This document shows positions 12,501 through 25,504 of a stretch of 64,000 nucleotides of DNA, in pieces (the first letter of the stretch is position 1; each line of letters opens with the position of its first letter). Origin of the DNA: Balanoglossus misakiensis (Eukaryota > Animalia > Hemichordata); the NCBI GenBank assembly GCA_040954595.2, contig CM082592.2, positions 4,480,735-4,544,734 of the forward strand, given 5' to 3'. The notes beneath the pieces are model-generated. The model was not told the origin of the DNA and did not search any database. It worked only from the letters and a program-made list of their open reading frames with translations. A program made the position numbers and the translations under genes.

Positions 12501-15500
12501 GCGGAATTTCAAAATTTGGCCGATTTTTGAAAAAATCATGGGTTATAGCTCATGAAAATCGTCAAAAAATGACAATTTTTCGACTTTGCAGAATTTCAAA
12601 ATTTGGCCGATTTTTGAAAAAATCATGGGTTATAGTTCATGAAAATCGACAAAAAATGACAATTTTTCGATTTTGCGGAATTTCAAAATTTGGCCGATTT
12701 TTGCAAAAATCATGGGTTATAGCTCATGAAAATCGTCAAAAAATGACAATTTTTCGACTTTGCGGAATTTCAAAATTTGGCCGATTTTTGAAAAAATCAT
12801 GGGTTATAGCTCATGAAAATCGTCAAAAAATGACAATTTTTCGACTTTCCGAAATATCAAAATTTTTTCATTTTTTCGAAAAAAGCATGGGTTATAGCTC
12901 ATGAAAATCGTCAAAAAATGACAATTTTTCGACTTTGCGGAATTTCAAAATTTGGCTGATTTTTGAAAAAATCATGGGTTATGGCTCATGAAAATCGTCA
13001 AAAAATGACAATTTTTCGACTTTGCGGAATTTCAAAATTTCTTCATTTTTTCGAAAAAAGCATGGGTTATAGCTCATGAAAATCGTCAAAAAATGACAAT
13101 TTTTCGACTTTGCGGAATTTCAAAATTTGGCCGATTTTTGAAAAAAATCATGGGTTATAGCTCATGAAAATCGTCAAAAAATGGCAATTTTTCGACTTTG
13201 CGGAATTTCAAAATTTGGCCGATTTTTGAAAAAATCATGGGTTATAGCTCATGAAAATCGTCAAAAAATGACAATTTTTCGACTTTGCGGAATTTCAAAA
13301 TTTGGCTGATTTTTGAAAAAATCATGGGTTATGGCTCATGAAAATCGTCAAAAAATGACAATTTTTCGACTTTGCGGAATTTCAAAATTTCTTCATTTTT
13401 TCGAAAAAATCATGGGTTATAGCTCATGAAAATCGTCAAAAAATGACAATTTTTCGACTTTGCGGAATTTCAAAATTTGGCCGATTTTTGAAAAAATCAT
13501 GGGTTATAGCTCATGAAAATCGTCAAAAAAATGACAATTTTTCGACTTTGCAGAATTTCAAAATTTGGCCGATTTTTGAAAAAATCATGGGTTATAGTTC
13601 ATGAAAATCGACAAAAAATGACAATTTTTCGATTTTGCGGAATTTCAAAATTTGGCCGATTTTTGCAAAAATCATGGGTTATAGCTCATGAAAATCGTCA
13701 AAAATGACAATTTTTCGACTTTGCGGAATTTCAAAATTTGGCCGATTTTTGAAAAAATCATGGGTTATAGCTCATGAAAATCGTCAAAAAATGACAATTT
13801 TTCGACTTTCCGAAATATCAAAATTTCTTCATTTTTTCGAAAAAAGCATGGGTTATAGCTCATGAAAATCGTCAAAAAATGACAATTTTTCGACTTTGCG
13901 GAATTTCAAAATTTGGCTGATTTTTGAAAAAATCATGGGTTATAGCTCATGAAAATCGTCAAAAAATGACAATTTTTCGACTTTGCGGAATTTCAAAATT
14001 TGGCCGATTTTTGAAAAAATCATGGGTTATAGCTCATGAAAATCGTCAAAAAATGACAATTTTTCGACTTTGCGGAATTTCAAAATTTGGCCGATTTTTG
14101 AAAAAATCATGGGTTATAGCTCATGAAAATCGTCAAAAAATGACAATTTTTCTACTTTGCGGAATTTCAAAATTTGGCCGATTTTTGAAAAAAATCATGG
14201 GTTATAGCTCATGAAAATCGTCAAAAAAATGACAGTTTTTCGACTTTGCGGAATTTCAAAATTTGGCCGATTTTTGAAAAAATCATGGGTTATAGCTCAT
14301 GAAAATCGTCAAAAAATGACAATTTTTCGACTTTGCGGAATTTCAAAATTTGGCCGATTTTTGAAAAAATCATGGGTTATAGCTCATGAAAATCGTCAAA
14401 AAATGACAATTTTTCGACTTTGCGGAATTTCAAAATTTGGCCGATTTTTGAAAAAATCATGGGTTATAGCTCATGAAAATCGTCAAAAAATGAAAATTTT
14501 TCGACTTTCCGAAATATCAAAATTTCTTCATTTTTTCGAAAAAAGCATGGGTTATAGCTCATGAAAATCGTCAAAAAATGGCAATTTTTCGACTTTGCGG
14601 AATTTCAAAATTTGGCCGATTTTTGAAAAAATCATGGGTTATAGCTCATGAAAATCGTCAAAAAATGACAATTTTTCGACTTTGCGGAATTTCAAAATTT
14701 GGCCGATTTTTGAAAAAATCATGGGTTATAGCTCATGAAAATCGTCAAAAAATGACAATTTTTCGACTTTGCGGAATTTCAAAATTTGGCCGATTTTTGA
14801 AAAAATCATGGGTTATAGCTCATGAAAATCGTCAAAAAATGACAATTTTTCGACTTTCCGAAATATCAAAATTTCTTCATTTTTTCGAAAAAAGCATGGG
14901 TTATAGCTCATGAAAATCGTCAAAAAATGACAATTTTTCGACTTTGCGGAATTTCAAAATTTGGCCGATTTTTGAAAAAATCATGGGTTATAGCTCATGA
15001 AAATCGTCAAAAAATGACAATTTTTCGACTTTGCGGAATTTCAAAATTTGGCTGATTTTTGAAAAAATCATGGGTTATAGCTCATGAAAATCGTCAAAAA
15101 ATGACAATTTTTCGACTTTGCGGAATTTCAAAATTTCTTCATTTTTTCGAAAAAAGCATGGGTTATAGCTCATGAAAATCGTCAAAAAATGACAATTTTT
15201 CGACTTTGCGGAATTTCAAAATTTGGCCGATTTTTGAAAAAATCATGGGTTATAGCTCATGAAAATCGTCAAAAAATGACAATTTTTCGACTTTCCGAAA
15301 TATCAAAATTTCTTCATTTTTTCGAAAAAAGCATGGGATATAGCTCATGAAAATCGTCAAAAAATGACAATTTTTCGACTTTGCGGAATTTCAAAATTTG
15401 GCCGATTTTTGAAAAAATCATGGGTTATAGCTCATGAAAATCGTCAAAAAATGACAATTTTTCGACTTTGCGGAATTTCAAAATTTGGCCGATTTTTGAA

Positions 15501-18500
15501 AAAATCATGGGTTATAGCTCATGAAAATCGTCAAAAAATGACAATTTTTCGACTTTGCGGAATTTCAAAATTTGGCCGATTTTTGAAAAAATCATGGGTT
15601 ATAGCTCATGAAAATCGTCAAAAAATGACAATTTTTCGACTTTCCGAAATATCAAAATTTCTTCATTTTTTTGAAAAAATCATGGGTTATAGCTCATGAA
15701 AATCGTCAAAAAATGACAATTTTTCGACTTTCCGAAATATCAAAATTTCTTCATTTTTTCGAAAAAAGCATGGGTTATAGCTCATGAAAATCGTCAAAAA
15801 ATGACAATTTTTCGACTTTGCGGAATTTCAAAATTTGGCCGATTTTTGAAAAAATCATGGGTTATAGCTCATGAAAATCGTCAAAAAATGACAATTTTTC
15901 GACTTTGCGGAATTTCAAAATTTGGCTGATTTTTGAAAAAATCATGGGTTATAGCTCATGAAAATCGTCAAAAAATGACAATTTTTCGACTTTGCGGAAT
16001 TTCAAAATTTCTTCATTTTTTCGAAAAAAGCATGGGTTATAGCTCATGAAAATCGTCAAAAAATGACAATTTTTCGACTTTGCGGAATTTCAAAATTTGG
16101 CCGATTTTTGAAAAAATCATGGGTTATAGCTCATGAAAATCGTCAAAAAATGACAATTTTTCGACTTTCCGAAATATCAAAGATTCTTCATTTTTTCGAA
16201 AAAAGCATGGGATATAGCTCATGAAAATCGTCAAAAAATGACAATTTTTCGACTTTGCGGAATTTCAAAATTTGGCCGATTTTTGAAAAAATCATGGGTT
16301 ATAGCTCATGAAAATCGTCAAAAAATGACAATTTTTCGACTTTGCGGAATTTCAAAATTTGGCCGATTTTTGAAAAAATCATGGGTTATAGCTCATGAAA
16401 ATCGTCAAAAAATGACAATTTTTCGACTTTGCGGGATTTCAAAATTTGGCCGATTTTTGAAAAAATCATGGGTTATAGCTCATGAAAATCGTCAAAAAAT
16501 GACAATTTTTCGACTTTCCGAAATATCAAAATTTCTTCATTTTTTCGAAAAAAGCATGGGTTATAGCTCATGAAAATCGTCAAAAAATGACAATTTTTCG
16601 ACTTTGCAGAATTTCAAAATTTGGCCGATTTTTGAAAAAATCATGGGTTATAGCTCATGAAAATCGTCAAAAAATGACAATTTTTCGACTTTGCGGAATT
16701 TCAAAATTTGGCCGATTTTTGAAAAAATCATGGGTTATAGCTCATGAAAATCGTCAAAAAATGACAATTTTTCGACTTTGCGGAATTTCAAAATTTGGCC
16801 GATTTTTGAAAAAATCATGGGTTATAGCTCATGAAAATCGTCAAAAAATGACAATTTTTCGACTTTCCGAAATATCAAAATTTTTTCATTTTTTCGAAAA
16901 AAGCATGGGATATAGCTCATGAAAATCGTCAAAAAATGACAATTTTTCGACTTTGCGGAATTTCAAAATTTGGCCGTTTTTTGAAAAAATCATGGGTTAT
17001 AGCTCATGAAAATCGTCAAAAAATGGCAATTTTTTGACTTTGCGGAATTTCAAAATTTGGCCGTTTTTTGAAAAAATCATGGGTTATAGCTCATGAAAAT
17101 CGTCAAAAAATGGCAATTTTTCGACTTTCCGAAATATCAAAATTTCTTCATTTTTTCGAAAAAAGCATGGGTTATAGCTCATGAAAATCGTCAAAAAAGG
17201 GCAATTTTTCGACTTTGCGGAATTTCAAAATTTGGCCGATTTTTGAAAAAATCATGGGTTATAGCTGATGAAAATCGTCAAAAAATGACAATTTTTCGAC
17301 TTTGCGGAATTTCAAAATTTGGCCGATTTTTGCAAAAAACATGGGTTATAGCTCATGAAAATCGTCAAAAAATGAAAATTTTTCGACTTTGCGGAATTTC
17401 AAAATTTGGCCGATTTTTGAAAAAATCATGGGTTATAGCTCATGAAAATCGTCAAAAAATGACAATTTTTCGAATTTCCGAAATATCAAAATTTCTTCAT
17501 TTTTTCGAAAAAAGCATGGGTTATAGCTCATGAAAATCGTCAAAAAATGACAATTTTTCGACTTTGCGGAATTTCAAAATTTGGCCGATTTTTGAAAAAA
17601 TCATGGGTTATAGCTCATGAAAATCGTCAATAAATGACAATTTTGCGACTTTCCGAAATATCAAAATTTCTTCATTTTTTCGAAAAAAGCATGGGTTATA
17701 GCTCATGAAAATCGTCAAAAAATGACAATTTTTCGACTTTGCGGAATTTCAAAATTTGGCCGATTTTTGAAAAAATCATGGGTTATAGCTCATGAAAATC
17801 GTCAAAAAATGGCAATTTTTCGACTTTGCGGAATTTCAAAATTTGGCCGATTTTTGAAAAAATCATGGGTTATAGCTCATGAAAATCGTCAAAAAATGAC
17901 AATTTTTCGACTTTGCGGAATTTCAAAATTTGGCCGATTTTTGAAAAAATCATGGGTTATAGCTCATGAAAATCGTCAAAAAATGACAATTTTTCGACTT
18001 TGCGGAATTTCAAAATTTGGCCGATTTTTGAAAAAATCATGGGTTATAGCTCATGAAAATCGTCAAAAAATGACAATTTTTCGACTTTCCGAAATATCAA
18101 AATTTCTTCATTTTTTCGAAAAAAGCATGGGTTATAGCTCATGAAAATCGTCAAAAAATGACAATTTTTCGACTTTGCAGAATTTCAAAATTTGGCCGAT
18201 TTTTGAAAAAATCATGGGTTATAGCTCATGAAAATCGTCAAAAAATGACAATTTTTCGACTTTGCGGAATTTCAAAATTTGGCCGATTTTTGAAAAAATC
18301 ATGGGTTATAGCTCATGAAAATCGTCAAAAAATGACAATTTTTCGACTTTGCGGAATTTCAAAATTTGGCCGATTTTTGAAAAAATCATGGGTTATAGCT
18401 CATGAAAATCGTCAAAAAATGACAATTTTTCGACTTTCCGAAATATCAAAATTTTTTCATTTTTTCGAAAAAAGCATGGGATATAGCTCATGAAAATCGT

Positions 18501-20321
18501 CAAAAAATGACAATTTTTCGACTTTGCGGAATTTCAAAATTTGGCCGTTTTTTGAAAAAATCATGGGTTATAGCTCATGAAAATCGTCAAAAAATGGCAA
18601 TTTTTTGACTTTGCGGAATTTCAAAATTTGGCCGTTTTTTGAAAAAATCATGGGTTATAGCTCATGAAAATCGTCAAAAAATGGCAATTTTTCGACTTTC
18701 CGAAATATCAAAATTTCTTCATTTTTTCGAAAAAAGCATGGGTTATAGCTCATGAAAATCGTCAAAAAAGGACAATTTTTCGACTTTGCGGAATTTCAAA
18801 ATTTGGCCGATTTTTGAAAAAATCATGGGTTATAGCTCATGAAAATCGTCAAAAAATGACAATTTTTCGACTTTGCGGAATTTCAAAATTTGGCCGATTT
18901 TTGCAAAAAACATGGGTTATAGCTCATGAAAATCGTCAAAAAATGAAAATTTTTCGACTTTGCGGAATTTCAAAATTTGGCCGATTTTTGAAAAAATCAT
19001 GGGTTATAGCTCATGAAAATCGTCAAAAAATGACAATTTTTCGAATTTCCGAAATATCAAAATTTCTTCATTTTTTCGAAAAAAGCATGGGTTATAGCTC
19101 ATGAAAATCGTCAAAAAATGACAATTTTTCGACTTTGCGGAATTTCAAAATTTGGCCGATTTTTGAAAAAATCATGGGTTATAGCTCATGAAAATCGTCA
19201 ATAAATGACAATTTTGCGACTTTCCGAAATATCAAAATTTCTTCATTTTTTCGAAAAAAGCATGGGTTATAGCTCATGAAAATCGTCAAAAAATGACAAT
19301 TTTTCGACTTTGCGGAATTTCAAAATTTGGCCGATTTTTGAAAAAATCATGGGTTATAGCTCATGAAAATCGTCAAAAAATGGCAATTTTTCGACTTTGC
19401 GGAATTTCAAAATTTGGCCGATTTTTGAAAAAATCATGGGTTATAGCTCATGAAAATCGTCAAAAAATGACAATTTTTCGACTTTCCGAAATATCAAAAT
19501 TTCTTCATTTTTTCGAAAAAAGCATGGGTTATAGCTCATGAAAATCGTCAAAAAATGACAATTTTTCGACTTTGCGGAATTTCAAAATTTGGCCGATTTT
19601 TGAAAAAATCATGGGTTATAGCTCATGAAAATCGTCAAAAAATGGCAATTTTTCGACTTTGCGGAATTTCAAAATTTGGCCGATTTTTGAAAAAATCATG
19701 GGTTATAGCTCATGAAAATCGTCAAAAGATGACAATTTTTCGACTTTGCGGAATTTCAAAATTTGGCCGATTTTGAAAAAATCATGGGTTATAGCTCATG
19801 AAAATCGTCAAAAAATGACAATTTTTCGACTTTGCGGAATTTCAAAATTTGGCCGATTTTTGAAAAAATCATGGGTTATAGCTCATGAAAATCGTCAAAA
19901 AATGACAATTTTTCGACTTTGCGGAATTTCAAAATTTGGCCGATTTTTGAAAAAAATCATGGGTTATAGCTCATGAAAATCGTCAAAAAATGACAATTTT
20001 TCGACTTTGCAGAATTTCAAAATTTGGCCGATTTTTGCAAAAATCATGGGTTATAGCTCATGAAAATCGTCAAAAAATGACAATTTTTCGACTTTGCGGA
20101 ATTTCAAAATTTGGCCGATTTTTGAAAAAATCATGGGTTATAGCTCATGAAAATCGTCAAAAAATGACAATTTTGCGACTTTCCGAAATATCAAAATTTC
20201 TTCATTTTTTCGAAAAAAGCATGGGTTATAGCTCATGAAAATCGTCAAAAAATGACAATTTTCCGACTTTGCGGAATTTCAAAATTTGGCCGATTTTTGA
20301 AAAAATCATGGGTTATAGCTC
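9569..20321. repeat. Satellite array B, ~120 copies of an 87/88-bp unit with two monomer types and local higher-order duplications
   Basis: Type B1 is CATGGGTTATAGCTCATGAAAATCGTCAAAAAATGACAATTTTTCGACTTTGCGGAATTTCAAAATTTGGCCGATTTTTGAAAAAAT (87 bp). Type B2 carries TTTCCGAAATATCAAAATTTCTTCATTTTTTCGAAAAAAG (88 bp). The 29-aa periodicity in the ORF track reflects the 87-bp unit. Confidence 0.99.
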
Positions 20322-21506
20322 AAAAAATTGCAAATATTGATCATTTTCGCATTTTCATGTCATATTCATGGGTTATAGCTCATGAACGCTCAAAAAAAGA
20401 CAAAATCTTGAACTTGAAAATATTGATCATTTTCGCATTTTCGTGTCATATTCATGGATTATAGCTCATGAACGCTCAAAAAAAGACAAAATCTTGAATT
20501 TGAAAATATTGATCATTTTCGCATTTTCATGTCATATTCATGGGTTATAGCTCATGAACGCTCAAAAAAAGACAAAATCTTGAACTTGAAAATATTGATC
20601 ATTTTCGCATTTTCGTGTCATATTCATGGGTTATAGCTCATGAACGCTCAAAAAAAGACAAAATCTGGAATTTGAAGATATTGATCATTTTTGCATTTTC
20701 ATGTCATATTCATGGGTTATAGCTCATGAACGCTCAAAAAAAGACAAAATCTGGAATTTGAAGATATTCATCATTTTCGCATATTCATGTCATATTCATG
20801 GGTTATAGCTCATGAACGCTCAAAAAAAGACAAAATCTTGAACTTGAAAATATTGATCATTTTCGCATTTTCATGTCATATTCATGGGTTATAGCTCATG
20901 AACGCTCAAAAAAAACAAAATCTTGAATTTGAAAATATTGATCATTTTCGCATTTATATGTCATATTCATGGGTTATAGCTCACGACCGCTCAAAAAAAG
21001 ACAAAATCTTGAATTTGAAAATATTGATCATTTTCGCATTTTCATGTCATATTCATGGGTTATAGCTCATGAACGCTAAAAAAAACACAAAATCTTGAAT
21101 TTGAAAATATTGATCATTTTCGCATTTTCATGTCATATTAATGGGTTATAGCTCATGAACGCTCAAAAAAAGACAAAATCTTGAACTTGAAAATATTGAT
21201 CATTTTCGCATTTTCATGTCATATTCATAGGTTATAGCTCATGAACGCTCAAAAAAAGATAAAATCTTGAATTTGAAAATATTGATCATTTTCATGTCAT
21301 ATTCATGGGTTATAGCTCATGAACGCTCAAAAAAAGATAAAATCTTGAATTTGAAAATATTGATCATTTTCATGTCATATTCATGGGTTATAGCTCATGA
21401 ACGCTCAAAAAAAGACAAAATCTTGAATTTGAAAATATTGATCATTTTCATGTCATATTCATGGGTTATAGCTCATGAACGCTCAAAAAAAGACAAAATC
21501 TTGAAC
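20322..21506. repeat. Satellite array A (right), ~14 copies of the 86-bp unit, ending in 78-bp deletion variants
   Basis: Same unit and orientation as 8712-9568 (CATG at 20367 and 20453, 86-bp spacing). The last three units lack 8 bp (GCATTTTC). Confidence 0.97.
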
Positions 21507-21878
21507 TGTGACATTTTGTTTGCTGCCGGCATGCATTATCGAAATGTTTTGTCATATTCACACTAAGGATTCTTGGAATCACCCCAAACAACACAGAAAT
21601 GACAAAAACAATCGCCCACGTAAGATTCTGGATTTCCTTAATCTCCATTACCTCCGTATTAAGTAGCAAATTCAAGCAGCCAGAATACATTATTTTACTT
21701 AATCCTCTTTCATGCGACGAGGCACGCACATGTTTCCCCTATTATATAAATCAACATGCACCTGATATATAAGTCAAGAATTGTTTTGCGACCGGGAATG
21801 AGGTAACTTGTTTTAAAATAAGAATATGTATTCGTGAGATTTCTACTGAGATAGGGACGCAGAAAATGCCTTGTCTGC

Positions 21879-21936
21879 CTGTCGGTCGGTTGGTCGGTCT
21901 GTGAGTCGGTCGGTCGGTCTGGTCTGGTCTGGTCTG
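21879..21936. repeat. Degenerate (GTCG/GTCTG)n simple repeat
   Basis: gtcggtcggttggtcggtct...ggtctggtctggtctg. Confidence 0.8.
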
Positions 21937-24110
21937 TTTGTCATTCTTTCTGTCGTTCGTTAGCCGGAGACAATAACACGTCCATGCACCCGAATACATC
22001 TTAACAGCTTGCTTCGTGCTACTGGAAATCGAATTTGTCAGAATATGTGACAAGGTACGTTGAGAAGTCGTGGGTGAATTAACAGAGATATCTGCGTGGG
22101 ACTGATACACTGTCACTCGTAAGCCCTGTGGGTATATATGTTCAAGTCCTGAAGGTACAGGCATTAGATGAATAAATGATGAGATGATCGGTCGCTCCCT
22201 TATTGAATAGACAGACAAATCTCTTTTAAATGTCACGTGAGATGGACGGCAACTCAGATGGAATAAAAGTCTCGTCTGGTAACTCAGGTGTACTCTCTGT
22301 CGGAGGAGATGTGCAAAGATGAAAAGCGATTCTCTTGATCATTGTTTCCACAATGCATTGCGCGCTTCGCACAGATCTCAGCAGACGACACCCTTTAGAC
22401 CTTAAAGTTCACATTTTCACCGTCGATAGACAAGGCACCGTGGGTATTGCGGCGATGCATAATTGATGCAAAGTCAAACAAATTTAGGACACGGCTGTTG
22501 TCGTTTTTTGCAGTTTTTATATGCACACAGCGCAGTCACACAGTTTAATTTGGAAGAGCCGTTTCCGGCCGGGTGCACGCTGGGATAATCTGAGAAAGGT
22601 CTCAATTTACATGATCCTCGGTGGAAATGCCACAGCGTGTTTTGTTTTCTTCCGAGCGAATGTGCGATCTGTAGCCCTATACACCTGGCTGTTCCCATTC
22701 TGGTCAATGATTTTTATTCGGGGGGGGGGGGGCGTATTTAAATGAAGGTCAGTTGTGCGTGCAACAACAAAGAAACCCTTACTTTCAATGTTATCACCAA
22801 GGGATTGCTTGGCTATTGTAACAGCCAAGATCAAGAAGAAACCTGTAATTGAACGTGATGAACATGGCGAGAATCCGCGTGGGTAGTCCCCCCCCCCTCC
22901 CCATCCCCCAAAGGTATAGAAACTCATCAGCCTGGCTATCCAGGGTAGAAATCGGGCTACTGGGCTGTGGGCGTTGGTGATTAGCAGAGTAACATTTGAA
23001 GAGAGATAAAATGGCGTGTTCTAATTGTTATCGTTCTCATTTTCTTCCGCCTCATTCAAGGCACCGTTGAGAGTTGCAAAATGGGCCGGTCCCTCGCAAT
23101 TCACACTGCCCACGTCTAACCGGATGAGAGTCAAGCAACCGAACAGTTCTACATAGCTAAACGCCTGACTTTCAAGCTGTATCGTAATACGCTTTATATA
23201 TGTGCGCATAAACAATACCGACACGGTTATGACAATATGCTTTGAAAAGTGCTGTGATTTATCCTAGAGTCCGCGAGTTCAGCAATTATGCAAAACAAAA
23301 AAGGCTCATTTCACAATACAGAAAATAATCAAACTCTGATTTTTTCACATCCAATGATTTTCCCTTATCCATCAAGGGCATATTTTATTTGTTAAGGTTC
23401 AAGTTCCGAGAGCTGCGTGTTTTTCTGTAAAAAAAAGGGTCAGAGTTGGCGCATTGTACAACATTCGGCTAACGATGTATTCTCGCCAGGTGCATGGTTC
23501 AATTTATTGGCGTAATCATGGCCTTCGATATCTTCATTATATACTGCGTGGTGCGGCCCACTGCCTCCGGGTGGAATCGTGTCGTGTCGGTTCGGAGAAA
23601 ATGACAAGTAATGAAGAGATCATTTAAACATCCGCAGAGGGTCATTTCCACCGTAGTTTCTGATTTCCGCTGCACAATTATTCGTCTAAAAAGGGGGGTT
23701 AATTGCGAATGGCCTACAATTCCAATCGTGAATTTCCACATACAGGTATATTCTTGGGGGTTATTACACGAAGTTTGGTCGATAACGCTTCGTATTCTCG
23801 TGATGGTCCGTATTTTGCTCCGCTGAAATGTGTACTGAAAATCTTAAGTGTTCACTGATAATCAGGAGTATGAATTAAAGTGAAAAGGGCGATACATATC
23901 GCTTCCAGCAACCACTTCGCTCCAATTTCTTTTGTACCGGAAATTGTCAACAATATATAGCAATTCCCCGAAACCTACGTGGCGAATTACACATCCTACC
24001 TGCTATTTATCAATTCATCTCTTTGCGTTCCTATTTATGGATGGAAAGTTTTCGCAAATTTGTTTTCAAGTCGTGACTGTGAGTATGCATAAGTGTAAGA
24101 TGCTCTGAGA

Positions 24111-24143
<33 letters not shown>
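24111..24143. repeat. (CT)n microsatellite
   Basis: Read directly from the sequence. Confidence 0.9.
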
Positions 24144-24727
24144 CCGCTCGCTCGATCGTTCGCTCTCCCATACAAATATGGCGACTTATATGGAGTGTAA
24201 ACCATCATTTTAAACGCGCCACTGTCATTAACAAAACTGCCTTGTGGATATGGTTCATGATTGCTCTCAATCCTGACCGACACAACTTGCGCATTTCGCG
24301 TTTTATTGACGGTAGTATACTTATAGTCGATTGCATCTCTGTCATAAAATTCAAGCAGTAATCTTTTAAGAGACTGTCTAATTAAAAAGGCAGAATGTAA
24401 AGTGTTTATACCAACCATGGCATCTTAACGTCTTTTTCTCGATCACCTGAAAACAAGTCTTTCAAGACACTATAAACATTCATTAAGCAACGAAGTCGTA
24501 TAACAAGGCCGTTGGTCTTATTCTCAATCACCGTTCAGTGCTTTTTTATTCCTTTGTGAAAAGTAGAATAAAGTGTCGTGTTTTCTTGTTCCAGGTGAAA
24601 TAATCATATGTGCTCGTTTGGGTCTTAGTAAGAAATCTGCGGATATGAAATTAATGAGAATTACATGGGGAAAACTATAAAAATAAAAATAAATCGTTAA
24701 ATTTGTTTTATTTATCGTGTATATTCT

Positions 24728-24862
24728 TTAAAGATATACGTTCACCTCTAATTTACATATGCCTATATATGGGCAAATGGCGTGTCTAAGTCTTTGAATG
24801 ACCACGAATGTTTGGCGCACCTATTCCCGCTTGTGCCATCCACAGAAAATCTATGATTGGCT
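24728..24862. mobile_element. Partial copy of the Kolobok-like MITE upstream of the CCDC63/ODAD1 promoter
   Basis: TTAAAGATATACGTTCACCTCTAATTTACATATGCCTATATATGG...ATGATTGGCTA. Confidence 0.55.
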
Positions 24863-24982
24863 ATATTTCAATTTTCCACATTGGGAGGCCGTGTTCCTTC
24901 GAACCTTTGCGCGACTTCAAGTTGAACAGAATGGAACGCGGAACGAAATTATTCTTGCGAAAGAGTTCGAACTTCAATAGGC

Positions 24983-24996
24983 GTTGCCATGGTGAT
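24983..24996. promoter_or_regulatory. RFX X-box-like motif in the CCDC63/ODAD1 promoter
   Basis: GTTGCCATGGTGAT lies just upstream of a probable non-coding first exon ending at donor CACG|gtaagt (25074). RFX control of motile-cilia genes is established. Confidence 0.6.
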
Positions 24997-25504
24997 ACGA
25001 ACACAATGACGGTTCCTGGTCTCGGAAGAATACACCCCGCGGTGAAACAAGAAACTTCCTGGTATTAACACACGGTAAGTTATTTTGACAATGCACGGGA
25101 TAATTGAGCAGCCACGATAATACTTAGTTAAAAGCATATTGTGGGGAATAATGGTCTATTTTTACTGCATGAGGAAGCTGCAATCCTGGCGCCGAAGAGG
25201 ACATGTAGAATAGTATTTGCAAAACAAAAAAGACAGCGTCCCACATCGCGTACACATATAGAATACTTCTCTCAAAAAATGGCGTACAAACAAATTTGGT
25301 AAAAAAACAGTTATTACACCAAAATTCTGGACACAGCGTGATTTAATTTATAGCAACATCATGACCGCGACAAGATTGTGTCAAAAAAGCTATCTTACAA
25401 ATGGACATATGACTACGTCAGATATATGATATCCAAAGTAAAGAGCTTGGCTATAATTTCATTGTTAGGTTTGGCCACCTTTTGGGAGCGAGAGAAATTC
25501 CGAG

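Noticed and set aside
8712-21506. CRISPR-like look (palindromic repeat plus spacer)
   Set aside because: The spacers are near-identical rather than unique, there are no cas genes, and the context is eukaryotic with spliceosomal introns.
9559-21566. Dozens of ORFs with 29-aa (MTIFRLCGISKFGRFLKKSWVIAHENRQK) or 26-aa repeats
   Set aside because: These are by-products of 87-bp and 78-bp units being multiples of three. Frames break at every 88-bp monomer or homopolymer indel, and there is no splice or promoter context.
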